From positions 54,548-118,547 of IMG/VR virus record IMGVR_UViG_3300046477_000062: a stretch of DNA of 64,000 bases, one strand, 5' to 3'. Position numbers and translations under genes: made by a program. This DNA comes from a virus (lineage: Duplodnaviria; Heunggongvirae; Uroviricota; Caudoviricetes). The notes below the pieces were generated by a model that was given only the letters and a program-made list of their open reading frames with translations, was not told where the DNA came from and made no database searches. Below are positions 63,280-64,000 of this stretch, one piece after another (the first letter of the stretch is position 1; the number at the start of each line of letters is the position of its first letter).

Positions 63280-63974
63280 TATCCGAAAAAAGCTTCGACA
63301 CCTTCCAGTGAGTATTGCGTGTCCTTACCACAATGAGGACAAGGATCAGTGAAGGTGTGCTTCAGGATCGGCATAGTACGGAAGAAGTCTTCGATCTTCG
63401 CGAACTGTTCGGTTGTGAGTGATTCAACGAATGCCGCAACTTCTTCCAGTGTTTCGTCCTTCGTGTGATGAACTTCTGTTTCAGTGAAGACCGATTCAAT
63501 ACACTGGCAAATTGTTTGGTAGACCGTATCGACCGAGTAGTTCTTGTTGAGGAACGATAGTTGTTCGGTGGTCGGGTAGGCCATCTCGACGCCCAGATTG
63601 TCGGTCAAGATGATCTTCTTCTTATGGTCCTTGTTCTTCTGTACTTGGACATCCGCCAGTGTCAGCTTGTAGTCGTGGTTCTCTTGGCAGTGCTGGCACG
63701 TCAGAATCAGATCAACGGTTTCGCCTGATGACTTCGAACGGATTTGAAGGAACAGATATTCAAGGTCGAAGTTTGGCATCGTCTCGACATCAAGCTTTTC
63801 GAACGTACAAGCATTGACGGCTTCCTTGACAGCCAGAAGAACGTCAGCTTCGCCGCCCTCAACAGCCATCAGCAGGTTCTTTTGTTCTCCGACCAACCAA
63901 GGACGGTACTTGATCGTCTTTCCCGTTGACGGGACTTTAGTCTGGTAGGTCGGGGTAGTGTTGCGTGGCAGCAT
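63279..63974 (-). CDS. zinc-binding protein (two CxxC pairs), possibly a baseplate or hub assembly protein
   Basis: LTCQHCQ and CPHCG motifs; located in a − strand late-gene block. Confidence 0.3.
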   Translation of the reverse strand: MLPRNTTPTYQTKVPSTGKTIKYRPWLVGEQKNLLMAVEGGEADVLLAVKEAVNACTFEKLDVETMPNFDLEYLFLQIRSKSSGETVDLILTCQHCQENHDYKLTLADVQVQKNKDHKKKIILTDNLGVEMAYPTTEQLSFLNKNYSVDTVYQTICQCIESVFTETEVHHTKDETLEEVAAFVESLTTEQFAKIEDFFRTMPILKHTFTDPCPHCGKDTQYSLEGVEAFFG

Positions 63975-64000
63975 AGTGGATCATGAATGTTAGATTGTGA

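Overview
This window is a segment of a T4-like myovirus genome (Straboviridae-like) with roughly 50% GC. Nearly all genes sit on the + strand. The exceptions are one − strand gene at 28211..28741 and a − strand block from 60841 to the end of the window.

Recognisable T4 core genes appear in this order: uvsX-(40)-41, 61 primase, rnh, DNA ligase (30), 59-32. Mixed among them are nucleotide-metabolism genes (nrdB/nrdA, ThyX, dCMP deaminase, MazG, 5' nucleotidase/HAD), an endonuclease VII-like gene, PhoH, a GH24 endolysin, a spanin pair and a SleB-like hydrolase. Accessory genes include the NadV/NatV NAD+ salvage pair, an HD-domain SpoT-like hydrolase, a 2H phosphoesterase and an SPFH lipoprotein.

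The most striking features are: (1) about 22 copies of a conserved sigma70-type early promoter and leader cassette of roughly 75 bp (TTGACA-N16/17-TATAAT with spacer motif TTCCCAGACCTG, then CATCGACAAC...ACGGGAG-ATG) that drive dozens of small unknown ORFs; (2) CTAAATA-type late promoters (8 on +, 1 on −), several embedded in hairpins; (3) a tandem array of 5 paralogous small proteins, plus a sixth nearby, that all end in GW-x-SS-x-Cys-stop and flank a pol-beta-fold nucleotidyltransferase; (4) a roughly 280-nt promoter-driven non-coding region with a tRNA-like T-arm. No CRISPR array, rRNA or confidently folded tRNA was found.
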